A stretch of 64,000 nucleotides of DNA from a virus. Positions 37,843 through 47,879 of the stretch are shown here, piece by piece. The number at the start of each line of letters is the position of its first letter. Position 1 is the first letter of the stretch. The notes under the pieces are model-generated. The model saw only the letters and a program-made list of their open reading frames with translations, did not search any database and had not been told where the DNA came from. Location of the stretch: the IMG/VR virus record IMGVR_UViG_3300008117_000001; one strand, 5' to 3'. The translations under genes and the position numbers were made by a program.

Positions 37843-38483
37843 GTAAAGAGTCAATCGAAAGAGATAATTATCAGCAGCCAACTATTCCAATAGGCGCTGA
37901 GATTAGAAAAAGAAAAGAATTTTCAGAAAGAGAAGTTGGCTTAACGCACCCCGATCTGTCAAGTTTTATTAGACTTAATGACCGTGGCGACATAGAGATA
38001 TTTGCAGCACCGGGCATAGGTATTGTTATAAGCGCAAAATCTAAATCAATTTCTTTATTTGGAGATTCTGTTAGATTTTTTACAAAAGAAGATGGTTTAA
38101 GATGGAACAGCTACAACTTTAACTACTGCGCATCTTCCTATATAGAGCCAACTCTTGTTAAAATTAATCATAAAAATATTCATTCAGCTACAAATGGTAT
38201 AGCTTACTATTTAAATGGCATAGAAGAGTATGCGGATCAAGAAACTCAAACTCCCATTACTATAATAGGTGAGTTTGGTTTTGCTAGTAAGCAAGAGCAA
38301 GTTCAGCAAACATATGAGTCAGAGTATGATTTGACTGGGTTGACCGATGAGCAAATAGGGCTGCTTGAAATATATCAAACTGATCACTCAAAAGAACACA
38401 TATTGCTAATGGTCGAACTAATGAAAAGTGGAAACAGTTTTGAGGAGGCACATAGCCTCGCCTTAAAGGAAACAAATGAGTGA
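37839..38483 (+). CDS. Spike beta-helix-like / baseplate protein
   Basis: Overlaps the OB-fold gene (ATGA); short repeated strands (EVGLTH, SFIRLNDRGDIEIF, GIGIVIS, SISLFG) resemble a spike beta-helix. Confidence 0.5.
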   Translation: MSKESIERDNYQQPTIPIGAEIRKRKEFSEREVGLTHPDLSSFIRLNDRGDIEIFAAPGIGIVISAKSKSISLFGDSVRFFTKEDGLRWNSYNFNYCASSYIEPTLVKINHKNIHSATNGIAYYLNGIEEYADQETQTPITIIGEFGFASKQEQVQQTYESEYDLTGLTDEQIGLLEIYQTDHSKEHILLMVELMKSGNSFEEAHSLALKETNE

Positions 38484-38856
38484 TTTGTATTTAACGCTAA
38501 ATGGAGACTTTATGTTAGATGGCAATAAAGACATTGCCCTAGCACCCTCCTCTATGCATGAAGATGTCCAGCAAATTTACTTAAGAATAATGACTGAGCC
38601 TGGAGACTTCTATATATATCCTCAGCTTGGCGTTGACTTATCTAGGCTTTATGGCTTACCACAAACAAAAGAAACGGCTGAGTTTGGTAAGGCATTGATA
38701 ATGGCTGGCATTCAAAAGGAAGGCCTTTTTAAGGGTAGGGGTATTCAAATTAAGGCAGTACCAACTAGCAGAGATGTGATTAGATTTGATATTCATATAA
38801 TATCTGATATTAATGAGCCAATAATTCTTTCTGTTAGTCAAACTTTAGGAGTATAA
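38476..38856 (+). CDS. Baseplate wedge gp25/W-like sheath initiator
   Basis: DLYLTLNGDFMLDGNKDIAL...QQIYLRIMTEPGDFYIYPQLGVDLSRLYG matches gp25-like proteins; directly precedes baseplate J. Confidence 0.85.
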   Translation: MSDLYLTLNGDFMLDGNKDIALAPSSMHEDVQQIYLRIMTEPGDFYIYPQLGVDLSRLYGLPQTKETAEFGKALIMAGIQKEGLFKGRGIQIKAVPTSRDVIRFDIHIISDINEPIILSVSQTLGV

Positions 38857-38858
38857 TA

Positions 38859-40028
38859 ATGCCAATATATGGAATAAAAAATAAAGCTGATATATTAGTT
38901 AATGTTTTAAACGGCTTACAAAAAAACGCAGGCATATCTGCAGTCTACCCGGGCTCTATAGCTAGAGCGTTTGCGGAAGCTTTCACTAGTGAAGTTTCTG
39001 ATCTTTATGAGGCATTAAGATTCAACCTTACCCAAGGTGATCTAATGACAGCATCAGGTCGTAACCTTGACTTAATAGGCGATTTATATGGCATAACTAG
39101 AAGAAATATTAGCGATTATTCAAGTCAAGATCGTGAATCTTTTAATATTCAGTTTTTTATAGACAAGCCACATAGTTCCGATGTCACTATACCATCAGGG
39201 ACTTTAGTATATAATGATGTGTCTAATTTTATTACAAAACAATATACTTATAAGCTAGCTGGAGATGTAATTATAGGCAGAGGATCTACCAGAGCTTACG
39301 GAAGAGTTGACCCTAACTTTACGGACAACGCCTATGTGGCGCCCGTAAGTACGCTTACTAAACATAACGCATTTTCTCCCGCAGGAGTAATTATATTTTG
39401 CTCAAACCCCAAAGAAGTATATTCCAATACAAGCGCAGAGTCAGACACTAATTTTAGAAGAAGAATCATAGCTTCCATAAAGGCTAAGGCGCCTGGTACA
39501 GTTGAGTCTGTAAGATTTGCTGCTCTAGCGGTCAGAGGGGTCAGGGACGTTAGAATTAGAGAGGGCACGTATGGCGTTGGCTCCTGTGACGTAATAATCG
39601 TACCAGAAACAGCTACCGATATGTCTAATCTCCCTCAAAGAGTCATGGTTGCTGTAAGTGCAGTAAAGCCAATTGGTGTTAGATTTAATGTCAGAATTGC
39701 AGAAAGAGTTAGCATCAACATAGAGGCTACCATTACTTTGCCGATGGGCTTGAGCGAAAATCTGGCTAGCGGAGTCAGAAACCAAGCATCGCTCTTTGTG
39801 AAGAGATACTTGAATTCGCTTACTGTAGGCGATATGGTTTCTATGTCAGAGATTGAAAGACAAATTAAATTATCATCAGATTATATTCGCAGCTGCTATA
39901 TAAGCGCAATGCTTGCGGACGGCTCAAATATGCCACTCGTTGATTTTTCGTTAGATACAGTTAAAAAATATCCAGTAGCAGGCGCAATAAACATTAGTTC
40001 TGTTATAATGGGTGGAACAAATTATTAA
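38859..40028 (+). CDS. Baseplate J-like protein
   Basis: PGSIARAFAEA, ASGRNLDLIGDLYGITR, AESDTNFRRRI, AALAVRGVRDV, GSCDVIIVP and KPIGVRFNV are standard gpJ/gp47 motifs. Confidence 0.9.
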   Translation: MPIYGIKNKADILVNVLNGLQKNAGISAVYPGSIARAFAEAFTSEVSDLYEALRFNLTQGDLMTASGRNLDLIGDLYGITRRNISDYSSQDRESFNIQFFIDKPHSSDVTIPSGTLVYNDVSNFITKQYTYKLAGDVIIGRGSTRAYGRVDPNFTDNAYVAPVSTLTKHNAFSPAGVIIFCSNPKEVYSNTSAESDTNFRRRIIASIKAKAPGTVESVRFAALAVRGVRDVRIREGTYGVGSCDVIIVPETATDMSNLPQRVMVAVSAVKPIGVRFNVRIAERVSINIEATITLPMGLSENLASGVRNQASLFVKRYLNSLTVGDMVSMSEIERQIKLSSDYIRSCYISAMLADGSNMPLVDFSLDTVKKYPVAGAINISSVIMGGTNY

Positions 40029-40056
40029 TTTACAAATTAATATTTAAGGATAATTG

Positions 40057-43000
40057 ATGAAGCAGTATTTGTTACTTTTAAAAAGTGGGGACTTCAATAA
40101 GTCTGGCAACACATGGACAAGTAGTGCTATAAACCTATACAAAAATAGCTCTTTCACCAATTATTCTTATGTCAGATCAAGGTATGGCCTCAATACAATA
40201 GGTGATAATACCTATGTTGGACTTGAGCTCACTTCCCCATCTTATAACGGCGACGTTGCAACGCCGCTATCAGACAATGCAGCATACGTAACAGATATCG
40301 GTGAAATCGTTTATGACGACGCCACACCATCTCTTTTGAGATTCATAGACACAACATCCAAGATAGACGTTCTAGCCTACAAGCATTTATTCACCAATCT
40401 TCCTGGAACAGAAGTCCCAACTTTTAATCTTCAGATGTATGAATCAGATTCGGAGGATGGTCCGTGGTTAAAGTCGATTCTGTCTTTTGATTCAAATGTC
40501 ATCTTTGTTAGGGACTGCAAACCTTGGATAAAAATAGAGTTAGAAATATTTACTGAAACTTTAGATACTAGCGATTTAGGTCTTTTATTTTATTTGGAAA
40601 TTGGTATACATGATCCAATTGCCCCTGTAGCGTCTGAACATGCAAGAAATATTCTAAAGAGATTCCCAACATGGACAGATATGTTTGCGGATTCGGAAAA
40701 TCCAGCAACTCCGTCCTTGTTTGTCCCCAGCTCTACCGCTGGAAAATTTTTAACAGCTCTTGTCCAAGAGTCTCTTGATAACTTTGATAACGAATTAAAC
40801 CTATATGACATCAACCACTATATATCAAGCGCAGATGAAAACATGCTGGCTTGGGCCTATGTGTCTTACGATGTTCCTGTTAATATCCTAAAGGTTTTAG
40901 GCGATGATGTTCCGTTAATACAGATGGATAGTCTAGCTTCTTTTTATAAGTCTCAATTGACTGATTATGTATATTATTACAGTCAGACGAATAAGCAAAT
41001 AATATGTATGCGAGAGTTTTCATCATTAACAATCAATGATGTTGAATATGATCAGTATCCCCTGCATGTTCCAAATAACTTTGATGAGTTCGGTGCAAAG
41101 GTAGGTCTTCCTAGACTTCTATTGGAGACTAATGCCAGATACAAAAAGAGAATTCTTGACGTAGCTTTAAACTATCCAGCAGCGCATATAGATGGATTCA
41201 AGAGAACAGTAAGAAGAGAGCTAGACATTTGGAAGGCCTACGGTGTTGAGCCAGATTCTAATTATATTGGAGCCACTCCGGATGTTATTGAAATTTCTGA
41301 CATGGAAAAAACAACTCCATGGTTCACTCCTTCTGGCAAACCTTTAAAGCCATTTGTTGATTTAATTGAAAGCATAAATGAAAGATACCCATCAAATATT
41401 GGCTATGTAAGATGGGAAGAAGGTTATTGGGATTACGGCGGAGCAGACGGAGAAGGAATATCTTCAATCCCTGCAATATACGATGTCGAAACTAGCGCAT
41501 CGCCACAATATTATCAACCAGGCGTTGGCGACTATGCTGACGCTAAATTAATACTGGAAGCAGAAGAAAAAGCTACAACATCTTTTTCTGGTTATGCATC
41601 CATTTCCGGTGTTTACATAGATGGGATTGAAGAGGTATATGCTCCGATAAAAGTTGATTACTCATGGTATCTTTCTTATTTAAAGAGAGTTCCAGATTAT
41701 GAGGCTGGAAGAAGAAAGTCTGGAGTCTCCCAAGATGTTGGAGTCGGCTTAACATATGAAATATCAATGGCTACGCACAATTTCTACGCCACACCATCTA
41801 CATTCTATGTTAATTTAAACTATCTAGATAGAGATGATTTCTATGTTGGAAATAGATTGCCACAAAATCATCCTGCTAGTCCAGAATATAATTTAATTAG
41901 AATATTCAATGATGACGGATACACGTTATCTTCTTTGCAGTTTAGAGATAAGACATATAACAATATCTACTACAATGCCTCTAGTTCTCCTAGTGTAAAC
42001 ACAATTAATTTTGATGATGTAGATTCTGTTAAAATAGTCTTTTCAAATGGAGGATGGAATCATATTACTCAGTCGTATGATAAGTCTTTGGCTACAGCAA
42101 ATTACCGCGTTGCTTTCACTAGATCTACTCCAAATACAACGTGGTATGCCAATCCATCTTATGGTCAGTCTGCAGAGTTGGCGTCACCAACTCAATTCTC
42201 TTACAGAGACGCTAGCATTAGAATAGGTTCGACAGTATATGAGACAAAAGTAGAAAGTTTTAATACACAAACAATTACTTCTTCTTTTTACTTGAATAAT
42301 AATAATGATTTAACTGAATCTGGCACCCAAAATTACTCTATGCAAATAGATAGTTTGGTAAATAGGTTGATTATTCCTCCGGAAGCAACACCGCAATATA
42401 TACATATTGATAACGTTAAACCTCTTGGTTTAACCTATTTTAATGGCGACACTTTGATAAGTGATATTTATGGTGGCGCAGTTATAAATCCAGACGATAA
42501 CGAAAGATACCTGGTTCCTTCCTCTCCAAATATAAGCTATAAAACATATAATTCTTCAAATGTAGAAATTTCTACGCCGGAATACTTTGATTCCGCTACA
42601 ATAAACTATAATGCAACCCCTTCATATTTTACTTTTGAGTCGGCAAGTAATAATTTTTATCCGATTTATTTTACAAAATACAGTTCATTTACATCTCAAA
42701 CTACTCCTCAGCTATTTAGTGGATACATAGATTCTCTGGAAAATGTTTATGAAAGTACAGATGAAGCAAACAATATATTCTTTAATTCAGATGATTTTCT
42801 AAAAAAGATATCTTTATCTAAAGATTCTTTTGGGTTAGATTCAGACACCACTTATATTGTCAAGGATGCACAGCTAATATCCGAAACACAATATATTGAT
42901 CCATATGTCAATAACAAAAATTCTTTGATTCTAGGTTTGACTAGCGCATTTGCAGACAACGAAAATGTTGATATTGATGTAAGAATTGCTAGAGATGCCC

Positions 43001-44652
43001 AAGATGTAGTTCAAAATAATCCAGCACTTCATACGGGTTGGTTATATTTAGATGAAAACGAATATTACATATACTCTAATCCTGTCACAGATTCTGCTAC
43101 AGGAAGATTCTTTTCTCTGCCACTCAGTCAGTATCCTAGATCTGGCTCACCGATAATGGTGACAGTTGGTGAAGAAAATTATAGAAATATTCTTTTCGAA
43201 GACGCAGCAACGCCGGGTAATATTGTATTTAATAATACAGAAGATATTTATGGCAATGTAAGCAATGCCATTTATCTAGCATATGAAAATGTTGAAAACA
43301 TTTCAGTTAAAGACTCATATACTGGAGTTGAGTTATTTAGCAATTTATCAACCTCTACAAATGAACTCAGCTGCTTCAGTGAGGCCACACCGTCGGTTTA
43401 TGGAAGAAAATACACCGTCAATTACGATGTAAAAAATGCCTGGTATGTTGATAAAAATGTATACGATGAGAATACTGATAGCTATAATTCAAATATCTAC
43501 TTTAGCTCCACTCCTAATGCAAGTGAAATCTACTCTATTACCTATGAGTCTTCGCTAAATGACAATACCTATTCCATAGATCTATCCTTAGTCCCATCTA
43601 CCAATCCTATAGATGAAGGATTCATTTATGTGTCAAAAACAGACTACCCATTTAGTTCCGCCAAAACATTATTGTCTCCTGCAAATATATCCAATTCACA
43701 AGATGACTTGATGTATCTAACTATAATATCTTACGATGAAAATAATAATTTCAAGCCTGGTCAAACCTTCCATGTTTATGGAGATATAGTTTCAGCTACA
43801 CCAGCTTATGTCACAACAAATGACAATGGAATAGGGAAAGCCATAATTAGATATTCGTATACCGGAGAAGAAGTATACGAGTCAAGCAATTTATATGTAT
43901 CTGGAATTGGTTCGGCAACTCCATATGGTGGCATAAATAGCCAGAGTCAAGGTTATGTGACATCAGTGCCATTTGGTGTAAATATATCAGATCCCAAGAT
44001 CCTAAGATTAAAAGCCGCTCCATCTTCTCTGATAATCAACGCCGGCTCAGATCAAGGTATCTCCATAGTGGGACAGGTGGTTTGGGATGATCAGCCTTGG
44101 CCCAAGGTACTGCCTGTTTCCTGGAATAAGGCTAGAACACTAAAAGATTTGTTTGCAGCAACACCAGACTATACAACGTATACTTCTTCGGATGGAAAAT
44201 TGGAAATAGCCAATATTGCAACTGCGCAAGACTCAGCGACTCCGGGATACTGGTTTGCTAGAGTAAATATTTCAAATGAAGAGTACGCTAAAAGCATTTT
44301 GTTGGCAGATCAAGAAATTAATGCAGGACAAGACGTTACTATATCTGGAGATGTTATTTATTGGTATGAATCCTATGATACAATTCAGTATGACCAAGAA
44401 TTAAGCCCACCCTTACCCAATATTTATACTTCAAATAAACAGCAAGGTTCAGAAATCATAGCAACTCCTAACTTTGTTTATAAGCATAGCGATTCAAATA
44501 CTATTGTTTATAGTAGCGCAACTCCGAATTGGAGTCCGCCAAGATGGGTGCCGTTAAGAAAGTATGACCAATATCAAATGGGAATTTTTGGCTCAACACC
44601 AAACCATATATCTGATTATGAGTTAGTTCACCCGGATCATGAGGAACAATGA
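40057..44652 (+). CDS. Large baseplate wedge protein (gpI/gp7-like core) carrying 15 Ala-Thr-Pro motifs
   Basis: FDEFGAKVGLPRLLLETNARYKKRIL...AHIDGFKRTVRREL is the gpI-like signature; follows gpJ; the rest is beta-rich. AAGGA RBS before ATG 40057. Confidence 0.7.
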   Translation: MKQYLLLLKSGDFNKSGNTWTSSAINLYKNSSFTNYSYVRSRYGLNTIGDNTYVGLELTSPSYNGDVATPLSDNAAYVTDIGEIVYDDATPSLLRFIDTTSKIDVLAYKHLFTNLPGTEVPTFNLQMYESDSEDGPWLKSILSFDSNVIFVRDCKPWIKIELEIFTETLDTSDLGLLFYLEIGIHDPIAPVASEHARNILKRFPTWTDMFADSENPATPSLFVPSSTAGKFLTALVQESLDNFDNELNLYDINHYISSADENMLAWAYVSYDVPVNILKVLGDDVPLIQMDSLASFYKSQLTDYVYYYSQTNKQIICMREFSSLTINDVEYDQYPLHVPNNFDEFGAKVGLPRLLLETNARYKKRILDVALNYPAAHIDGFKRTVRRELDIWKAYGVEPDSNYIGATPDVIEISDMEKTTPWFTPSGKPLKPFVDLIESINERYPSNIGYVRWEEGYWDYGGADGEGISSIPAIYDVETSASPQYYQPGVGDYADAKLILEAEEKATTSFSGYASISGVYIDGIEEVYAPIKVDYSWYLSYLKRVPDYEAGRRKSGVSQDVGVGLTYEISMATHNFYATPSTFYVNLNYLDRDDFYVGNRLPQNHPASPEYNLIRIFNDDGYTLSSLQFRDKTYNNIYYNASSSPSVNTINFDDVDSVKIVFSNGGWNHITQSYDKSLATANYRVAFTRSTPNTTWYANPSYGQSAELASPTQFSYRDASIRIGSTVYETKVESFNTQTITSSFYLNNNNDLTESGTQNYSMQIDSLVNRLIIPPEATPQYIHIDNVKPLGLTYFNGDTLISDIYGGAVINPDDNERYLVPSSPNISYKTYNSSNVEISTPEYFDSATINYNATPSYFTFESASNNFYPIYFTKYSSFTSQTTPQLFSGYIDSLENVYESTDEANNIFFNSDDFLKKISLSKDSFGLDSDTTYIVKDAQLISETQYIDPYVNNKNSLILGLTSAFADNENVDIDVRIARDAQDVVQNNPALHTGWLYLDENEYYIYSNPVTDSATGRFFSLPLSQYPRSGSPIMVTVGEENYRNILFEDAATPGNIVFNNTEDIYGNVSNAIYLAYENVENISVKDSYTGVELFSNLSTSTNELSCFSEATPSVYGRKYTVNYDVKNAWYVDKNVYDENTDSYNSNIYFSSTPNASEIYSITYESSLNDNTYSIDLSLVPSTNPIDEGFIYVSKTDYPFSSAKTLLSPANISNSQDDLMYLTIISYDENNNFKPGQTFHVYGDIVSATPAYVTTNDNGIGKAIIRYSYTGEEVYESSNLYVSGIGSATPYGGINSQSQGYVTSVPFGVNISDPKILRLKAAPSSLIINAGSDQGISIVGQVVWDDQPWPKVLPVSWNKARTLKDLFAATPDYTTYTSSDGKLEIANIATAQDSATPGYWFARVNISNEEYAKSILLADQEINAGQDVTISGDVIYWYESYDTIQYDQELSPPLPNIYTSNKQQGSEIIATPNFVYKHSDSNTIVYSSATPNWSPPRWVPLRKYDQYQMGIFGSTPNHISDYELVHPDHEEQ

Positions 44653-47600
44653 TGGAAAAATTTGTTAACTTGACAGATTCCAATAATGAAAAATCAATTA
44701 AGATTGGCCAGAATGCCCCAAGTGATTCCGCTGTTCTAGCTTGGTTTAATGTAGATCCAATTTCTCCTGAAAAAAATGTCACAATATTTGATTTATCAGG
44801 GACTATATTGGAAAATCGCATCCCACTTTCTGGTCAATCAGAACTAATGTATGCGGACGAGTTTGGCATTTTGACAAGGCCAGATGGGTCATCTATTATT
44901 TCAAATAACAACATAAGCGTTAGCAATGTATTTGTGGATAAAATTACATCTTCACAAAAAGTTGATCCTCTGCAAGTAGATAGTGATAATTTTGCTCATC
45001 ATTATTATGTCAGCAGATACTTTACTGTACTGCCAGCTGTCTTTTCTGTCATAACCTTAAATGATTATCTTGATAGCGCACGTATTTCGGAAGTTGGCAT
45101 AAAGATTATAGATCAGTATGGAAAAGAATACGTAGACGAAGACACCAATAAGCCTAAGTATAAAATATTATTGGAACCATTTAAAACTGATTATAATATA
45201 AACGATTCCGAACTTCCATACAAAATTTTAGTCTTCTTAGATACTACAACACCTGTTGGTCTAAAGTTAATTTATAATAAATTTGAAGTAGATGAAAAAG
45301 GAAAAAGACACAATCATCAGCTCAGGTATACCGAAAATATTAATTCGGTCCCAATGTTTAAGGAGCTACCAGAAGAGTCGTTTGTTATAGATCCAAATTA
45401 TATTGGATCAAATATTTTTTCTATTAAAAAAGTGGACAACAGATTCGTAAACACATATGGTCAATCTAATGTAATCAAAAATGGTTATCAAGCCATAGTG
45501 CCAAGCAAGGCTATTAAGGATTATAGAACATATGAAGTATTCAATTGGAGAATAATAGGCAGGGTTAAAAGAGCTCTTAATTTAACAGAAGTAAACTTTG
45601 GTTCCAATAGAACAGTAAATTCTTGCATACTATACTCTGGCGAAACTAGCAGTTCAAACATCAACCCATACACAATATATAGATTACAAAATTCACCTTT
45701 TAACTTATCTAACTTTAATTTTCAAAATCCATTAGCCAATACACAAAACAAAAACACCAGTGCGTACTGGCTTACAAATATTGATACCGTCAGCACGCAA
45801 GACTTATCTCAGTATGACATTATTTTTTGGTCACCAGATTTTTCAGTTACTCCACTTCAGGCGCAAAAGATCAATGATTACATCACAAATAAGTTTGGCA
45901 CTATATTCTTAGACTTAAGCAATTGCCCCAATGCTCAAAGATTGTTCTGTGGTTCACAATTGCAAATGGCCGAGTCAGTATCGGCAACCACCGCATCGAT
46001 GAATGCTGATAATTATATTATAGATTCCAATAAAAATGGTGGCTGGGATATAAATGATAACATTTTTGAAAAAACTTATTATGGTATATTTGGGTCTAGG
46101 TATACAAGAGATTTAAATCCTAAGACATATAAGTATTTTTCCAATACGACTTCTGGCAATAGTTTTGTTAAGGTTGGACCAACAACAGGATCCCAACAAA
46201 CTATAGGTACTGCTATATCATATTCTCCAGCTGTAGATAACTTATCTAAGGGCAATGTCATAGCTACAACCTTTCCTGTGATGGAATACTGCAATAAAGT
46301 GTATTCATTGTCAGCATCGGAAATACCAGTTAATGATAACAATGAAAGTACACACGCCGGAAATATTGAAACAGAAAATGTACTGCCAGCAATTATAGAA
46401 GGGCCGTTCAAACTGCTGTACAATACAATTTCTTATGCCCTTTATTCAAAGGCTAGATCGCAACAATCTTCTTCCGTCATATCTTCTTTAACTAATTTTG
46501 TTACAGACTGGAATTCATCATGGGTCATGTATAGTGACGCCCTGGATGACTCTGAGAAAAATGATTTTGAAATAACTCCAATTTCACCTTCAACATCAGT
46601 ATATGCCAGAGTACTGACCAAGAACGCAGCGTCAAGCAATACTAGTTTATTTAATTATTTTAAAGAAAAAATGTCATTAAAATTACCAGCAACACAAGTA
46701 TCAATTTTGTCAGAGATATCTGTTAATGATGTGGATTTTTTCATTGAAGTAACTAATCCTGATGTTTTAATTAAAGACGCAACCAAATTGTCGGACACTG
46801 ATTTGGCAAATATCAATGTACCATCTTCGTATAGTTTACATGAGATAAATGAATCAACCGGAGATACTGCGCATCCAGCAAATGCTGCAGCGTATGCATA
46901 TACCATAAAGTACTCAAAATCCCTTACTCCTATTTCCGGGATGGGACCATACGCCTTGCTGGAAAGGCCTATAAATAGTTCTTCAAGTAGACAGCTGCTA
47001 AGTGGATTTAATCCTTCTTCTGGTTTTCATTCGTATTCGTTTAGATTAAAGTCTTCTTTTGTTTCATATGAAGGAATTGATCAGCCGACAGTTTTCCAAA
47101 CTAAGTTAAATGGCGAATTAACATATGATTTAATGGGCACCATAAAGAGAACTAGAACTACTGTTATTGTTCCAGAGCCAGCGCTGAGAACTTTAAAGAC
47201 TTCTTCTATAAAATCTGCTATCGATGATTATGATTTATTAAGAGCTCAATCTACTTCTGAAACATCTAACGTATTCCCTTATACGGGCGACATCGAAATA
47301 CATGGCGAAACAAGAATATGGAAGCAGGGATGGGATTCGTCTGGTGATGGAACTGAAAGATTCTTGTCCATAGAAGATGCGCGTGCGGTAGGGGACTACC
47401 TTAGCTCTTTGTACATTTCAAATTATTATCAGCTAAATCCGCCAACAATCTATGCGTCGCCAGACAGAATTGAGCAAAGAATAAACAAAATACCAACATC
47501 TGTTGAAGTAGCAGCGCAAACCATTCCGCAGATGACATCTAGCTCTGATTTCAAGTCGATCAGTCTTGATTATCATAATCAGAATAAAATTCAGCTAGCT

Positions 47601-47867
47601 GGTCCAGGATATGACTCATTTATAATTGCCGAATGGAGATATTGGCTGAAAGATGGATCAATGTCAGGAAGATCTTATGATATTGGCATTGTATCAAAAT
47701 ATAGCCTAGGTGAATACAGCGTTCACATCGGTAAAGCTAAATCAGACGGTAAAGTACAAATGCTACTTAACTCTGGCAAGATAAGCCTCCAGCAACTAAA
47801 AGAAAAGTTGGGCCCAAGAGTTATTATACCAGCTGAATTTTTGACGAGAACAGCAAGAACATCTTAA
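44649..47867 (+). CDS. Baseplate/tail structural protein (1072 aa)
   Basis: Overlaps the upstream stop; S/N/T-rich, beta-rich composition; embedded in the baseplate cluster. No family recognised. Confidence 0.55.
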   Translation: MMEKFVNLTDSNNEKSIKIGQNAPSDSAVLAWFNVDPISPEKNVTIFDLSGTILENRIPLSGQSELMYADEFGILTRPDGSSIISNNNISVSNVFVDKITSSQKVDPLQVDSDNFAHHYYVSRYFTVLPAVFSVITLNDYLDSARISEVGIKIIDQYGKEYVDEDTNKPKYKILLEPFKTDYNINDSELPYKILVFLDTTTPVGLKLIYNKFEVDEKGKRHNHQLRYTENINSVPMFKELPEESFVIDPNYIGSNIFSIKKVDNRFVNTYGQSNVIKNGYQAIVPSKAIKDYRTYEVFNWRIIGRVKRALNLTEVNFGSNRTVNSCILYSGETSSSNINPYTIYRLQNSPFNLSNFNFQNPLANTQNKNTSAYWLTNIDTVSTQDLSQYDIIFWSPDFSVTPLQAQKINDYITNKFGTIFLDLSNCPNAQRLFCGSQLQMAESVSATTASMNADNYIIDSNKNGGWDINDNIFEKTYYGIFGSRYTRDLNPKTYKYFSNTTSGNSFVKVGPTTGSQQTIGTAISYSPAVDNLSKGNVIATTFPVMEYCNKVYSLSASEIPVNDNNESTHAGNIETENVLPAIIEGPFKLLYNTISYALYSKARSQQSSSVISSLTNFVTDWNSSWVMYSDALDDSEKNDFEITPISPSTSVYARVLTKNAASSNTSLFNYFKEKMSLKLPATQVSILSEISVNDVDFFIEVTNPDVLIKDATKLSDTDLANINVPSSYSLHEINESTGDTAHPANAAAYAYTIKYSKSLTPISGMGPYALLERPINSSSSRQLLSGFNPSSGFHSYSFRLKSSFVSYEGIDQPTVFQTKLNGELTYDLMGTIKRTRTTVIVPEPALRTLKTSSIKSAIDDYDLLRAQSTSETSNVFPYTGDIEIHGETRIWKQGWDSSGDGTERFLSIEDARAVGDYLSSLYISNYYQLNPPTIYASPDRIEQRINKIPTSVEVAAQTIPQMTSSSDFKSISLDYHNQNKIQLAGPGYDSFIIAEWRYWLKDGSMSGRSYDIGIVSKYSLGEYSVHIGKAKSDGKVQMLLNSGKISLQQLKEKLGPRVIIPAEFLTRTARTS

Positions 47868-47879
47868 TTAAGGAATACT

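Noticed and set aside
38257-38265. Third TTACTATAA copy
   Set aside because: Inside a coding region (Ile-Thr-Ile), 211 nt from the next start; compatible with chance in AT-rich DNA, though an internal promoter cannot be excluded.
47340-47879. Self-splicing intron interrupting the peptidoglycan-binding domain
   Set aside because: The segment is an uninterrupted reading frame, I see no group I or II core elements or endonuclease motif, and the downstream gene has its own RBS.
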